Positions 22,245 through 32,683 of a DNA stretch of 32,683 nt are shown one piece after another. The notes under the pieces were generated by a model. It was not told the DNA's origin. It did not search any database and saw nothing but the letters and a program-made list of their open reading frames with translations. This DNA is from Welwitschia mirabilis (lineage: Eukaryota): assembly GCA_051453625.1 (NCBI GenBank), contig JBOZIK010000001.1, positions 16,131,984-16,164,666 of the forward strand. Reading direction: 5' to 3'. Within the stretch, counting starts at the first letter, position 1. Every line of letters starts with the position of its first letter. Position numbers and translations under genes: made by a program.

Positions 22245-23790
22245 CACTTAGCTACCAAATTATCATGTATGAACCATTAAGCTGTGAAGGTTTGTATTAT
22301 TTAAAATATAGGTTAGAGTCTTGTTATATAGAAATTTTCTTTTAAGGTGTGAAGTAATTATAGAATATTAAGAATCTTCTCTAGTAAGATGTGTCACAGG
22401 CCTTCTTTACTCAATAACATAGGAATGGAGTTTAAGAGGGTAAACCTTATCATATTAATGGAAGTTAGTAGGAAGTGGATTTAATGAAATGCCCATGGTT
22501 GACAATGCTAAGGAAAATCCTAGTGAAGAAGATGATAAAATCATGAAATATAGTATTCATGTGGTTATGCCTAATATATTACTATAATGTTTATATGACC
22601 CATTAAAGGTTTATTAATAAAGAGGAAGGATAATATTGTAATAAAATGGTATTTTTAAGAATCAAGCTTGTGACTTTCTAGTTGTTACCTGAAATTTATA
22701 GTTATTAAATTCTCACATAAGTTGGGTGGCTACAACTGAAAAGAGTACAAAGCTTTTTATTGAATTTTAATTCATAGACCAAATCAATTTTGATGAGATT
22801 TTTCACTCAAACTTTATTCGATTGAGAATATCTTATTAAGCTCTTTGACTTTCGAATTATCACATTACTTTTATGGGAGCTAAGTATTTGTAGTTGCATT
22901 GTTAACTTCACTCCATAGTTGCCATGCATTGACAAGGCGGCTGTCTTGAAAGAGGAGAGCTGGGCGTGATTGACAGATCAACCAAGAAAAGGCGGAGTGC
23001 ACGGATGGGTGATAGGCACCACACGAGAGAGGGAATGCGTGGAGGAGAGAGGATATACGAAGGGAAGAAGATGCGCCGATCAGAACGCAGCGCAGCAGAG
23101 GCAAATATCGACAAGAAGCGAAACGGATGCCGCTGGGCGCGCGATGAGGAAGTCGAATGGCGGGAAGAGGCATTGATACACAGGAGGAGAAGAGATAGTG
23201 CACATGGAGAGTTAATAGCATGTGGAGAAGAGGCGCAAATAGCGCAGTCGAAGGGAACATGGAGTGCAGAGCAGGGGCGGCACGAAAATAATGTAGGAGA
23301 AGGATAGCATGCAGAGGAGGACACATCTGTGCCGGCAGAAAAGAGATGCGTGGACGGACAGAGAAGCATGAGGCAAACACTGACGGGCACGCGGTCTGAT
23401 GCAGGAGAACGCAGAGAGGGATACAACGAGGCAGCGCACAGAGGAGGGTGGCGGCCGCCGATCAGCGCAGGGGGAACATTGCGCAAAAGGCCATCCTCGG
23501 TGAGAAGTGGAGTTTGAGGAGGACGACAGCGCACAGGGGCAGCGCGGTGTTGGGTGTAGGACGAAGGAGTGGAGGCGGAGGAGAGCAGGTACAGCATGCG
23601 TAACGGAGGAACACCCTGGTAGGAGAGAGGCATAGGTGGTGCAGAGGCGCATAGACAGTGGGAACTGCACAGACAGGTAGTGGGTGCAAAGGGACACCGG
23701 AGGAACGCGGCGAGGAGGACACGGCTAGCGCTTAAGCTGAGGCCGAGAAGGGAGGGAAGAGAGTGGAGAGGCACCGCGTGGACATTCAAA
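22245..23790. repeat. Unclassified dispersed repeat, copy 1 (AT-rich part plus GC/CpG-rich part 22920-23790)
   Basis: 22245 to about 23200 is colinear in the same orientation with 30855 to about 31720, for example ACCAAATTATCATGT, AAGAATCTTCTCTAGTAAGATGT, TATAGTATTCATGTGGTTATGCCTAATATATTACTATAATGTTTATATG and ATGCGTGGAGGAGAGAGGAT. Confidence 0.9.
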
Positions 23791-24421
23791 GAAGGGGTTG
23801 ACCCATTAAATATAAAGTCTAACTTTGATATCTTTTTATTATTTTTTTAAAATCATTAACAACAAAAATTTCGTTGATTATGAAATAAGTGTTTTAAAGA
23901 CCCAACCTATAACCTCATTACCAAGGAACCTCATAACTTAACCATCTATACCAAGGCTACACTTAAATGCATTTGTCATCTAATCAATAGAAAAGGTATA
24001 GACCGGCTGTAAGTTATCAGAATTATATAATTAGTAACCTAGTGATAACTTTTATAAGTTTATAAAGCATATGTGTACTTTAAGAAATAGCTCCTTTGAA
24101 AAAGGGAGAGAAAATAATGAGATGTCTATAATTCTTCCATAAGAGACAAGAAATCATATGACATAGGCAACTATAACATCATAATATCTTAACCATCAAG
24201 CTATAGTTCCACTTGAGGTTTGTAAATACAATAAACGGTAGATTACCATAGAATTAACTACAGTTTGAAAATAAACTATCTATGCTTAAGTGGAGTATTG
24301 ATATCATACCAACTATTACAAAGCTTTAAATCACACAAGTATTCCAATTAATAACATCCAATAAAGGAGAAGAGAACACAAGATGACACCTAGTTTTGCA
24401 TTGCATTCTTAGCTATTTCAC

Positions 24422-25394
24422 GCATCTCCAATTGCATTGGTTCCTATACATGCAAGTGTGGTATAAAAACTATTATCTGACATAGTTCCGAGTGTGGCCC
24501 AAGGTAATGAAACAGGTAGGAGAGGGTTTCCAAGACAAGGTAAGGACTACATTACAAGGGACATGATCATAAATGCTAGTCAATTGAAACTATATTCTTT
24601 AATGTTGTCTCACAACATGTTTAGGTAAGCTAGTTGCACACAACCAGGAGGAATTAAGATTATCATAATGGTGCACATATCTTTTCCTTTCTTCTTAGAG
24701 GTTCCGTCTCATGGCCATGGGACTCACAATAGAGCGTATCACTCTCTAAGATTCGAACAACTGGTTACCTCAGTCAGATTTAACTTTCTTACTTAATATC
24801 AACATCAATGGTCAATAAGATGATCATGTGTAAGGCTTACAAAAGGGGTAGTNNNNNNNNNNNNNNNNNNNNNNNNNNNNNNNNNNNNNNNNNNNNNNNN
24901 NNNNNNNNNNNNNNNNNNNNNNNNNNNNNNNNNNNNNNNNNNNNNNNNNNNNGCATCCTTACCTCTTTCATGCATCTCTAGTGGCATTGGTTCCTACACA
25001 TGCAAGTATGGTGTAAGAACTATTATCTAACACAGTTCCCAGCATGGCCCAAGGTAATGGAACGGACAAGCAGGGGTTCCTAAGAGCAGGGTAGGAGGCT
25101 ATGTTACAAGAGACATGACTGTGACCACTCATAAATTAGAATTATCTTCTTAATGTTGTCCCACAACATAGTAAAGTATGCTAGTTGCACACAACCAAGA
25201 GGGAGTATGATTATCATACTTGTATACATATCTTTCCATTTTCTTCCATAAGGTTCAGTCCCATGGCCATGGGACTCAAAACAAAGAGTATCACCTTCTA
25301 AGGTTCAAACAATTGGTTACCTAGATCAGATTTAACTTTCTTACTTAATATCAATGTCAATGGTCAGCAAGATGATCATGTGTATGGCTTACAA
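24422..25394. repeat. Tandem duplication of a unit of at least 420 bp inside the LTR, spanning gap 24853-24952
   Basis: 24422-24842 aligns to 24972-25394 with scattered substitutions; both contain TCAGATTTAACTTTCTTACTTAATATCAA and CATGGCCATGGGACTCA. Confidence 0.9.
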
Positions 25395-25766
25395 TAAGAC
25401 TCAGTATAAACACTTAACAATAGTATAGATAAGGATTTACAAGGTTCTCATAACATTTTTACACAAAACATAGACTCTCCAAACTCATAGAATATTCTCA
25501 TAAGGTATCAATAGAAGACCATAAAGTTTTATGATAACTTTAGCACACACATGAAAACACAAGACATATTGCATTTATTTGAAATTTATGAGGTATAAAT
25601 ACCAAAAAAAGAAAATTCTAAAACAAATCATACAATATTTACAAAGAAGGGTAAGGACCACACCTGATCTAGCTAAACTCTAGGATACTCGTAGTTGCTT
25701 TCAAGCTCCATACAATTACAATTTCCAAGGTATATACCTATAACTCTAATGACTAGGGGACTCAGG

Positions 25767-25870
25767 TATTTATAATCATAGGACTAACAGTAGAACTAAC
25801 AATAAGGCTTAAGCTATGTATTTATAATCATAGGATTAATAGTAGGTCTAATAATGAGGCTTAAGTTCTA
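25767..25870. repeat. 52-bp tandem duplication in the LTR
   Basis: TATTTATAATCATAGGA.TAA.AGTAG..CTAA.AAT.AGGCTTAAG occurs twice in tandem. Confidence 0.85.
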
Positions 25871-26372
25871 TAGACAGTTTAGGTTCCCATAATCCCTCCT
25901 TTCCAAGCCTAGTCACTAAGTGTAAATAAATATAACAATATCTCATAAATTAATTTAAATGCATGAGATAATTTATAAGAGTAGATACTTTAGATTACAT
26001 ATGATTACTACTACACGGAAAAATATAAATAAAAGAAATCTATATCAAAGCTATAGTTAGTTTCCACTATAAGTCAAGTAATCCAATGTTAAACTGCATC
26101 AATAGAAAAACATGCATAAGTAATAGTAATTTTCACAGTTGACTTAGTATTTCAATCAATTAACTAAATCTACTAACTGTAGTTAATATTTTAATAAATT
26201 TCAAGTAATATCATGTAAGTTCTTTAGTTTTACTATTACTTTTATCTCAAAATCATTATTTCTAAAAAGATCAGAAACTAAACTCTTTATTTTATAAATT
26301 TTCCATATTTATATTAACTATCTAATTGACTAAAAAGGTTTCTTAACCTCAGGGTAGAATCTAAATGTGACA

Positions 26373-26386
26373 AATATCCCCCTCTT
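26373..26386 (-). promoter_or_regulatory. Polypurine tract
   Basis: Minus strand AAGAGGGGGATATT lies between the chromodomain end and the LTR start TGTCACA. Confidence 0.75.
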
Positions 26387-26389
26387 AAG

Positions 26390-29300
26390 AGGTTTCCTTC
26401 CTAGAAACGTGTTAGTAGCTCAAGTTTCCACTATAAGATATCATTCCTTATCTTCCATGTTATCTCGTCTTTAGTTTACCCTGACCACCTAAGCTTGTAT
26501 AACTTAATTGTTTTCCCTCAAAGTACCATCTCCTTTTGGTTTAACAGTTTCACTGGTTGACATTCTATAGAGCAATTGGAAAGGATAGAAATATCTTAAT
26601 CGGGAATAATCTTTGTTCCATCATAAATGCATTTCCTCAACAACGATATGTGAAAAACATTATGCAACATGGACAATTATGGTGGTAAGGCCAATTCATA
26701 AGTCATAGGTCCAATTCTTTTAATCACCTAATAAGGCCCTATAGATCTTGGAGCTAACTTCCCTTTCTTTACAAACATGAAGAATCCTTTGAAGGAGGAA
26801 CATTTGAGAAATACATGGTTACCTTCTTGAAATTCTAGTTGTCTTTTGTGCTAATTCACATATTTTTCTTGCCTATTCTTTACTACGTGTAGTCTCTTCC
26901 ANNNNNNNNNNNNNNNNNNNNNNNNNNNNNNNNNNNNNNNNNNNNNNNNNNNNNNNNNNNNNNNNNNNNNNNNNNNNNNNNNNNNNNNNNNNNNNNNNNN
27001 NNNNNNNNNNNNNNNNNNNNNNNNNNNNNNNNNNNNNNNNNNNNNNNNNNNNNNNNNNNNNNNNNNNNNNNNNNNNNNNNNNNNNNNNNNNNNNNNNNNN
27101 NNNNNNNNNNNNNNNNNNNNNNNNNNNNNNNNNNNNNNNNNNNNNNNNNNNNNNNNNNNNNNNNNNNNNNNNNNNNNNNNNNNNNNNCTTATGATAATCT
27201 GTTCAAAATTAGATGTGAATTTACTATCTCTATGTGAAATTATTACCCTAGGAACTCTATGCAGTTTAATAATATTCTTGACATATTCCTTTGTAATTCA
27301 CTCAATTGTATCTATTGTCTTTACTGGACAGAAATGTGCACTTTTAGTCAAGAAATCAACTATGAAAAAAAAAAGAATCATATCCTTTTTTAGTCTTAGG
27401 TAAACTTGTAATAAAATCCATACCTATTATTTTCCATTTCCACTCTGGAACATTATGAAAATAAAGAAGTTCAGCTTGGTGCTTGTGCTTAGCTTTGACT
27501 AACTGACATGTCATACACTTAGCTACATACTCAGCTATCTTTGATTTTATCCCTGAACACTAGTAAAATTGCTTAATATCCTTATACATCTTATTAAATT
27601 CTAGATGAATATCATACTTAATTATGTGAAACTCTTTGAATATTAGGTGTTTAATCTATGCCATATTAGAATCCATAATCTTTTCTAAATAACATGATCA
27701 TTTTCCTCTTGAAATAATAAATCCTTCTAAACTTGTTTATCTAACTCTTCTACATAAGGGATAATTCTGCTGTGCTTCTTAGATTAGGTTGTGTAACTTC
27801 TTATTCACATTTATATTAGAGATTAAATTTCTTCTTCTAATCAAGGTATCAGTTACCAGATTTGCATTTCTTACATGATAATTTACTATTAGATTATAAC
27901 CTATAAAAATTCTATCCAACGCCTTTGCCTATTATTTGAATTTGGTTGCATATGAATGTACTTTAATCTCTTATAATTTGTTCAAATTTCTATTTATTCA
28001 CCATAGAGATAATGCCTTCAAATTTTTAATGCATGAATAATCACTACCAACTCTAATTCATGAGCAAAATACTTATTCTCATGATTCTTGAGTTTCCTAG
28101 ATGCATAAGCTATCATCTTTCCATCTTGCATCAAGATTGCTCCTAAGCCTTCACCTAAGGCATCTATGTAAATTGTATAAGGTTTCCCTAGTTCAGGCAT
28201 TCTTAAAACTAGTGTTAAGATAATAATTGTCTTCAATGCTTTAAAAGCTTCATCACACAATTTAGTCCATTCAAACTAGTTATTCTTTCTTAGCAAGGAA
28301 GTTAAGGGAGAAGCTACCTTAGATAAATTTCTAATAAATCTTCTATAATACCCAATAATACCAAAAAAACTTCTTTCTTCTAATACTGATTCAGGCTTAG
28401 GCTAGTCCATAATAGCTTGGACTTTATCTTCATCCATACTTACTCCTCCTTCGAAACTTACATGCCTTAAAAATTTAACCTTAGATAACCAAAATTCACA
28501 CTTACTAGGAGTTGTGTAAAAATGATTTCTTCATAAAGAATTTAGCACTATCGTCAAGTGCTTCTCGTAAGCCTCTTTAGTTGGATAATATACTAGAATA
28601 TCATCAATAAAAATAACAACAAAGTCATCCAAGTAGACTTAGAAAATACCATTTATTATAGCCATAAATGATGCAAGTGCATTAGTAAGGCCAAATGAAA
28701 CTACTCTAAATTCATAATGTCCATATCTCATATGGAAGGCTATCTAAAAAAGATCCTCTTCCTTGATTCTGAGTTGATGGTATCCTAACTTAAGATCAAT
28801 CTTAGAAAGACATTTACATAATTTATTTGATCAAATATCCTCTATTCTAGTCAAAGGGTATTTATTCCTTATGATAACTTTATTTAACATCTTGTAGTAC
28901 ACACACAACCTTAAACTTCCATCCTTCTTTTAAATAAATAAAAATGGTGCACCCCATGGTGATATGCTTGGCCTAATTAATTCCTTATCTAATAATGCAC
29001 TTATTTATGTTTTCAATTGTACTAGTTCAACTGGAGACATCTTGTAGGGTGCTTTCAAGATTGGTTCATCACTTGGCTTAAGAGATATTTCAAAATCTTC
29101 ATTCCTACTCGAAGGACAACATAGTAGCTCTTCTGGAAATACATTTGTAAACTCCTTTACAACTGATATATCTATAATCTTTACTTAGGCTTAGAGGTAG
29201 AATAGAAATCTAACCATTCTAAAGGTTCCATTTCTTCTTACTTCTTTTATAATCTGTTTCTTACTTATCAGTTTTTCAATAGCAGGTATAGAAGTAATAG

Positions 29301-30575
29301 GTAACCAGACCTTTCCACTACATGATCTAAACACAGCGATTTGCCTAGAGAAGCAATTGATAAAGGATTTGTTTTCCTATAACTATTTCATGCTTAAGAT
29401 AACATCAAATTATTCCAACTCCAAAATTAAAAATTTGATCTGAAACATATGACTTCTAATAGTAACATGGCATGGGGTTTTACTAAGAGCTCGAATAGTA
29501 CTACCATCTGGGAGTTCTACAATGACTCTATTTTCACTCTGTACTATCATAAATAACTTCTGAGACATAAAAAGAAATATAAAAGAATCTTTTGCACTTG
29601 TATCTAATAAAATTATGATAGGAACATTAAGTAAGGTACTTTTAGATTCTAAGATCACTGATGTCTAAATATCTTCCTTAGATATGGATGCATATAGTTT
29701 TTTAACATCTAATTCTCCTTGTTATTCTCTCCTCTTTTTATGAGAGTTTCTTATCATATGTAGTCGTCCACAATTATAACATCTAGTGGGTTTAGGGTCT
29801 TGCAGCTTAGTTCTTGAAGAAATAGGTGGTGGTACCATGGGCGCCTTTCCTCTTTTTTGGGATTGTTTTGCATCCATTTTTTTTACTCTTGTAGTCTTAT
29901 GTTAACCCCTACCTCTGGCTACTCCTGTGTTCTTAAAGAAGGGCCTTTTTATAGTTTGAAATCCCCTCTACTCCTATGGTTCTTCTTATTTATCCCTAAA
30001 ATTTTTATTACTGCCCCATGATTCCTAGTAGGTTTGGCCTTTTTTAAGGCCTTAATAAATGTCCTTGGCTAAAATATCTTAATTTGTCTTTGCATTATGG
30101 GGTGTAGACCTACCACCAGCCTTCGTATCCTAACTGTCTCAGTAATAGCTATCTCAGGCACATATCTCAAAAGTTGCATGAACTTGTCCTCATTCTGGGC
30201 CACTATCATGGATTTCTAATTGAGGTTGTAAATTTTTTTAGCCTTATCATTCTCATAATATTCTGAAATATACTTAGCTTGAAATCATTCCCTAAAGTTC
30301 TCCCTAAACAACTGTTTAGGAAAGGTAGGTCATGCTTTTGCTACATCCCACCATAAAGCTACATTTGCCCTAGTTGATGTATAGTTAAAATGATCTTCTG
30401 TTTAAATGTAAAATTAAATAGTCCCAATTTGCTATTAATAGGGATTAATTAAGCTTCTACTTCAGTTACATTATCAGATCCTTCAAAGGTTGGAGATTCA
30501 TTTTCCTAAACTACATCATTAACTTTCAAGATGCATCCTCTTTAGTTCTATTAGCTCTCCTTTCCTAGAGTCCAT
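26390..30575 (-). pseudogene. gag-pol: Decayed gag-pol of a Tekay/Del Ty3/gypsy chromovirus (gag, zinc knuckle, PR, RT, RNase H, INT, chromodomain)
   Basis: ATG at 30575; CYNCGRLH knuckle near 29700; LLDTSAKDSFI (protease); [142 protein letters not shown]. Confidence 0.95.
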
Positions 30576-30705
30576 CTTACATCTGAGGGTAGTGATACTG
30601 CTCTTCTTAGAGTAATCCCTCACTCTTGTCAAAATTTTCAATGAGGGAAGTCAAGATAAATACTAAGATAAAATTGCCATACAAAATCTAATTTCTCAAC
30701 CTAGC

Positions 30706-30717
30706 ACTCTGATATCA
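30706..30717 (-). promoter_or_regulatory. Decayed tRNA-Met PBS of the Tekay element
   Basis: Minus strand TGATATCAGAGT (consensus TGGTATCAGAGC), 3 nt from an LTR edge that reads TGTAAG at 30721 on the plus strand. Confidence 0.75.
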
Positions 30718-30720
30718 AAA

Positions 30721-30854
30721 TGTAAGGATGACTTTTTAGCCATCTAACAATTTAATATAACAATATACAAGTTGACTGATAAGTTACTAATGTCATGGAT
30801 GTAGTTTAATAATTTATAGCATCTTCATAATATAAAACTTTTTCACACTCTTAT
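30721..30854 (-). mobile_element. Inner end of the Tekay 5' LTR
   Basis: TG edge adjacent to the PBS; weak similarity to about 23970-24070 (CATCTAA.CAAT...CTG.TAAGTTA). Confidence 0.5.
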
Positions 30855-31780
30855 TACACTTGGCCACCAAATTATCATGTGTGAAGCATTAAGTTGTAAA
30901 GGTTTGTATTACTTAAAACATAGGTTAGAGTTTTGTTATATCAAAATTTTCTTTTAAGATGGAAAGTAATTATAGAATGTTAAGAATCTTCTCTAGTAAG
31001 ATGTACCCTAGGCTTTCTTTACTCAATAATATAGGAATGAAGTTTAACATGGTAAACCTTATCATATTAATAAGAGTTAGTAGAAAGTGGATTTAATAAA
31101 TTACCCATGGTTGATGATGTTAAGAAAAATATTAGTAAAGAAGATGATAAAATTATTAAGTATAGTATTCATGTGGTTATGCCTAATATATTACTATAAT
31201 GTTTATATGGCCACTTGTGAGGAATCTACCTGATTTTACTTTCACCAATTAAAGGTTCATTAATAACGAGAAAGGATAATATTATAATAAGATCATATTC
31301 CTAAGAATCAATCCTGTAACCTCCTAGTTGTTACCTTAGTAATACTATTACAACCACATGAGCTATCTTAATATTTAAAGTTTGCAGTTATTAAACTCTC
31401 ATGTAAGTAGTTGTTAACTTCACTATGTAGTTGTCATTATGACAAGGTGATTGCATTGAGGAGGGCTGGGTGTGATTGATAGATCAACTAGGAAAATGCG
31501 AAGTGCATAAACACAGGCCAAAACATAGGTGACAGGCATTGCACAAAAGCAAGAAATGCGTGGAGGAGAGAGGATGTGTGGGGGGAAGGAGGCATGTTGA
31601 TCAGAACGTGGCAGAGACAGATATCGACGAGAAGTGAAGGCAGGCAGAACTGGGCACACGATGAGGAATTTGAATAAGTGCAAGTGGCATGAATATGCAA
31701 GATGAAAAGAGAAAACATGCATGAAGAGATGACAGCGCATAAAGAATAGGCACAAACTATAGAAAACCATAATATTATGA
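30855..31780. repeat. Unclassified dispersed repeat, copy 2, cut by the copia insertion
   Basis: Colinear with 22245 to about 23200, with indels and heavier CpG loss. Confidence 0.9.
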
Positions 31781-32040
31781 TGTTGAAAGACCATAATTGG
31801 TTCTAAGAATTGATAAAGAGATGGAGGAAGAATCTTCTTTATTATGATATAAAAAAAAAATGTATAAGATACATGTCATATTTATACATGTCTACAAGAG
31901 TATAACTCCCAAGAAACTAACCATAACTTCCTCATAACTCCCAAGAAACTAATCATAACTTCCTCAACTTCCTTTAGCACTAACCATAACTATCTTAAAC
32001 TATTTAATTTTGACCATTATCTATTTTCTAGATTTCAACA
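31781..32040 (-). mobile_element. 260-bp 3' LTR of a Ty1/copia element
   Basis: Perfect 8-bp terminal inverted repeats TGTTGAAA...TTTCAACA; adjacent PPT-like TGAGGGGCA on the minus strand at 32041-32049; internal 32-bp tandem duplication at 31902-31965. Confidence 0.9.
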
Positions 32041-32047
32041 TGCCCCT

Positions 32048-32683
32048 CAAGTTAGCGCATGAAGATCTCAAATGTACAACTTGCCAAGTAGATACTGGAA
32101 TTATTGACGTCATAATGCCTTCGTGAAGATATCAGCTAGTTGCTTCTTTAAGCTCACATGAGTTATGACAATGTTGCCTGCCCGCAAGTGATCTTGGACA
32201 AAATGGTAATCTATTTTGATGTGCTTGATTCTCTTGTGGAATACTGGGTTAGCTGTAATGTGTAATGCGGCTTGGTTATTACAAAAAAGCAGCATCAAAT
32301 TCGAATGTTTAACTCCTAAGTCTTTCAAAAATGCCTTCAATCATATAATCTCACTAGTGGTTGCTGCCATGGCCCTGTATTCAGCTTTAGCCGAAGAATG
32401 AGAGACAATGATTTATTTTTTAATTTTCCATGAAATACCTAAAGAACCAAGCAAAATATAATATCCAAAAAGAGATCTTCTGGTGATGGGGCAACTTGCC
32501 TAATCAGAAACACAATAAGCCCGTAGTTGAAGATCACTATCTGCCTTTAATAAAAATCCTTGACCTGGATTTTTCTTTAAATATCGCAGCACATGGTACA
32601 TTTTATCAAGATGTTCTTACTTAGGGTTCTGCGCAAATTGGGAAAGAGCATGTACCAAGTAACATAATTCCAGTCCGGTAATA
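32048..32683 (-). pseudogene. pol: Ty1/copia RT C-terminus and RNase H, decayed (continues beyond the window)
   Basis: YLVHALSQF...VLRYLKKNPGQG...AYCVSD*ASCPITRRS...SWKIKK*IIVSHSSAKAEYRAMA...LFCNNQAALHITANPVFHKRIKHIKIDYHFV...QLADIFTKAL. Confidence 0.95.

Larger units (their letters stand above)
23890..26372 (-). mobile_element. 3' LTR of a Tekay/Del chromovirus (outer boundary uncertain)
   Basis: Begins TGTCACA at 26372 on the minus strand, directly after the PPT. Long, non-coding and carrying internal tandem repeats, as Tekay LTRs often do. Confidence 0.65.

Noticed and set aside
22300-22420. hAT dimerisation-domain resemblance (SSL...DV.QA)
   Set aside because: Needs frameshifts, and no other hAT motif, TIR or 8-bp TSD was found.
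22880-23789. Overlapping ORFs up to 293 aa on both strands
   Set aside because: Low-complexity products expected from GC-rich, stop-poor sequence; no recognisable domain, and the frames are not kept in the paralogue.
23855-23890. CACTA-like subterminal motif CAACAAAAATTTCGTTG
   Set aside because: A single occurrence with no CACTA terminus nearby.

Overview
An AT-rich, transposon-only region of a plant nuclear genome with six assembly gaps and no intact host gene, RNA gene or CRISPR array. Almost all coding sequence is decayed by C>T/G>A changes. In order: (1) 5' part of a minus-strand Athila-type Ty3/gypsy element (gag, tRNA-Asp PBS, LTR; 1-4011); (2) a Tekay-type LTR fragment fused through an 8-bp microhomology to a plus-strand Pif1-helicase remnant (5101-7368); (3) a near-complete minus-strand rolling-circle Rep-helicase pseudogene (DUF6570-like N-terminus, HUH Rep, Pif1; about 10630-15631) of the Helitron2/Helentron-like type, lying tail-to-tail with (2), each copy followed at the homologous 3' position by a related fold-back palindrome (7921-8213, 9626-10123); (4) an AT-rich array with hairpins (15700-17500); (5) a decayed plus-strand Athila-like gag-pol interrupted by a nested LTR and an (AC)26 expansion (18553-22110); (6) an unclassified repeat present twice (22245-23790, 30855-31780) around a minus-strand Tekay chromovirus (about 23890-30850); (7) the 3' end of a minus-strand Ty1/copia element (31781-32683). 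The best candidate for something unusual is the Helitron2-like family with its conserved downstream long palindrome. All family calls come from manual translation and motif recognition, not database searches.
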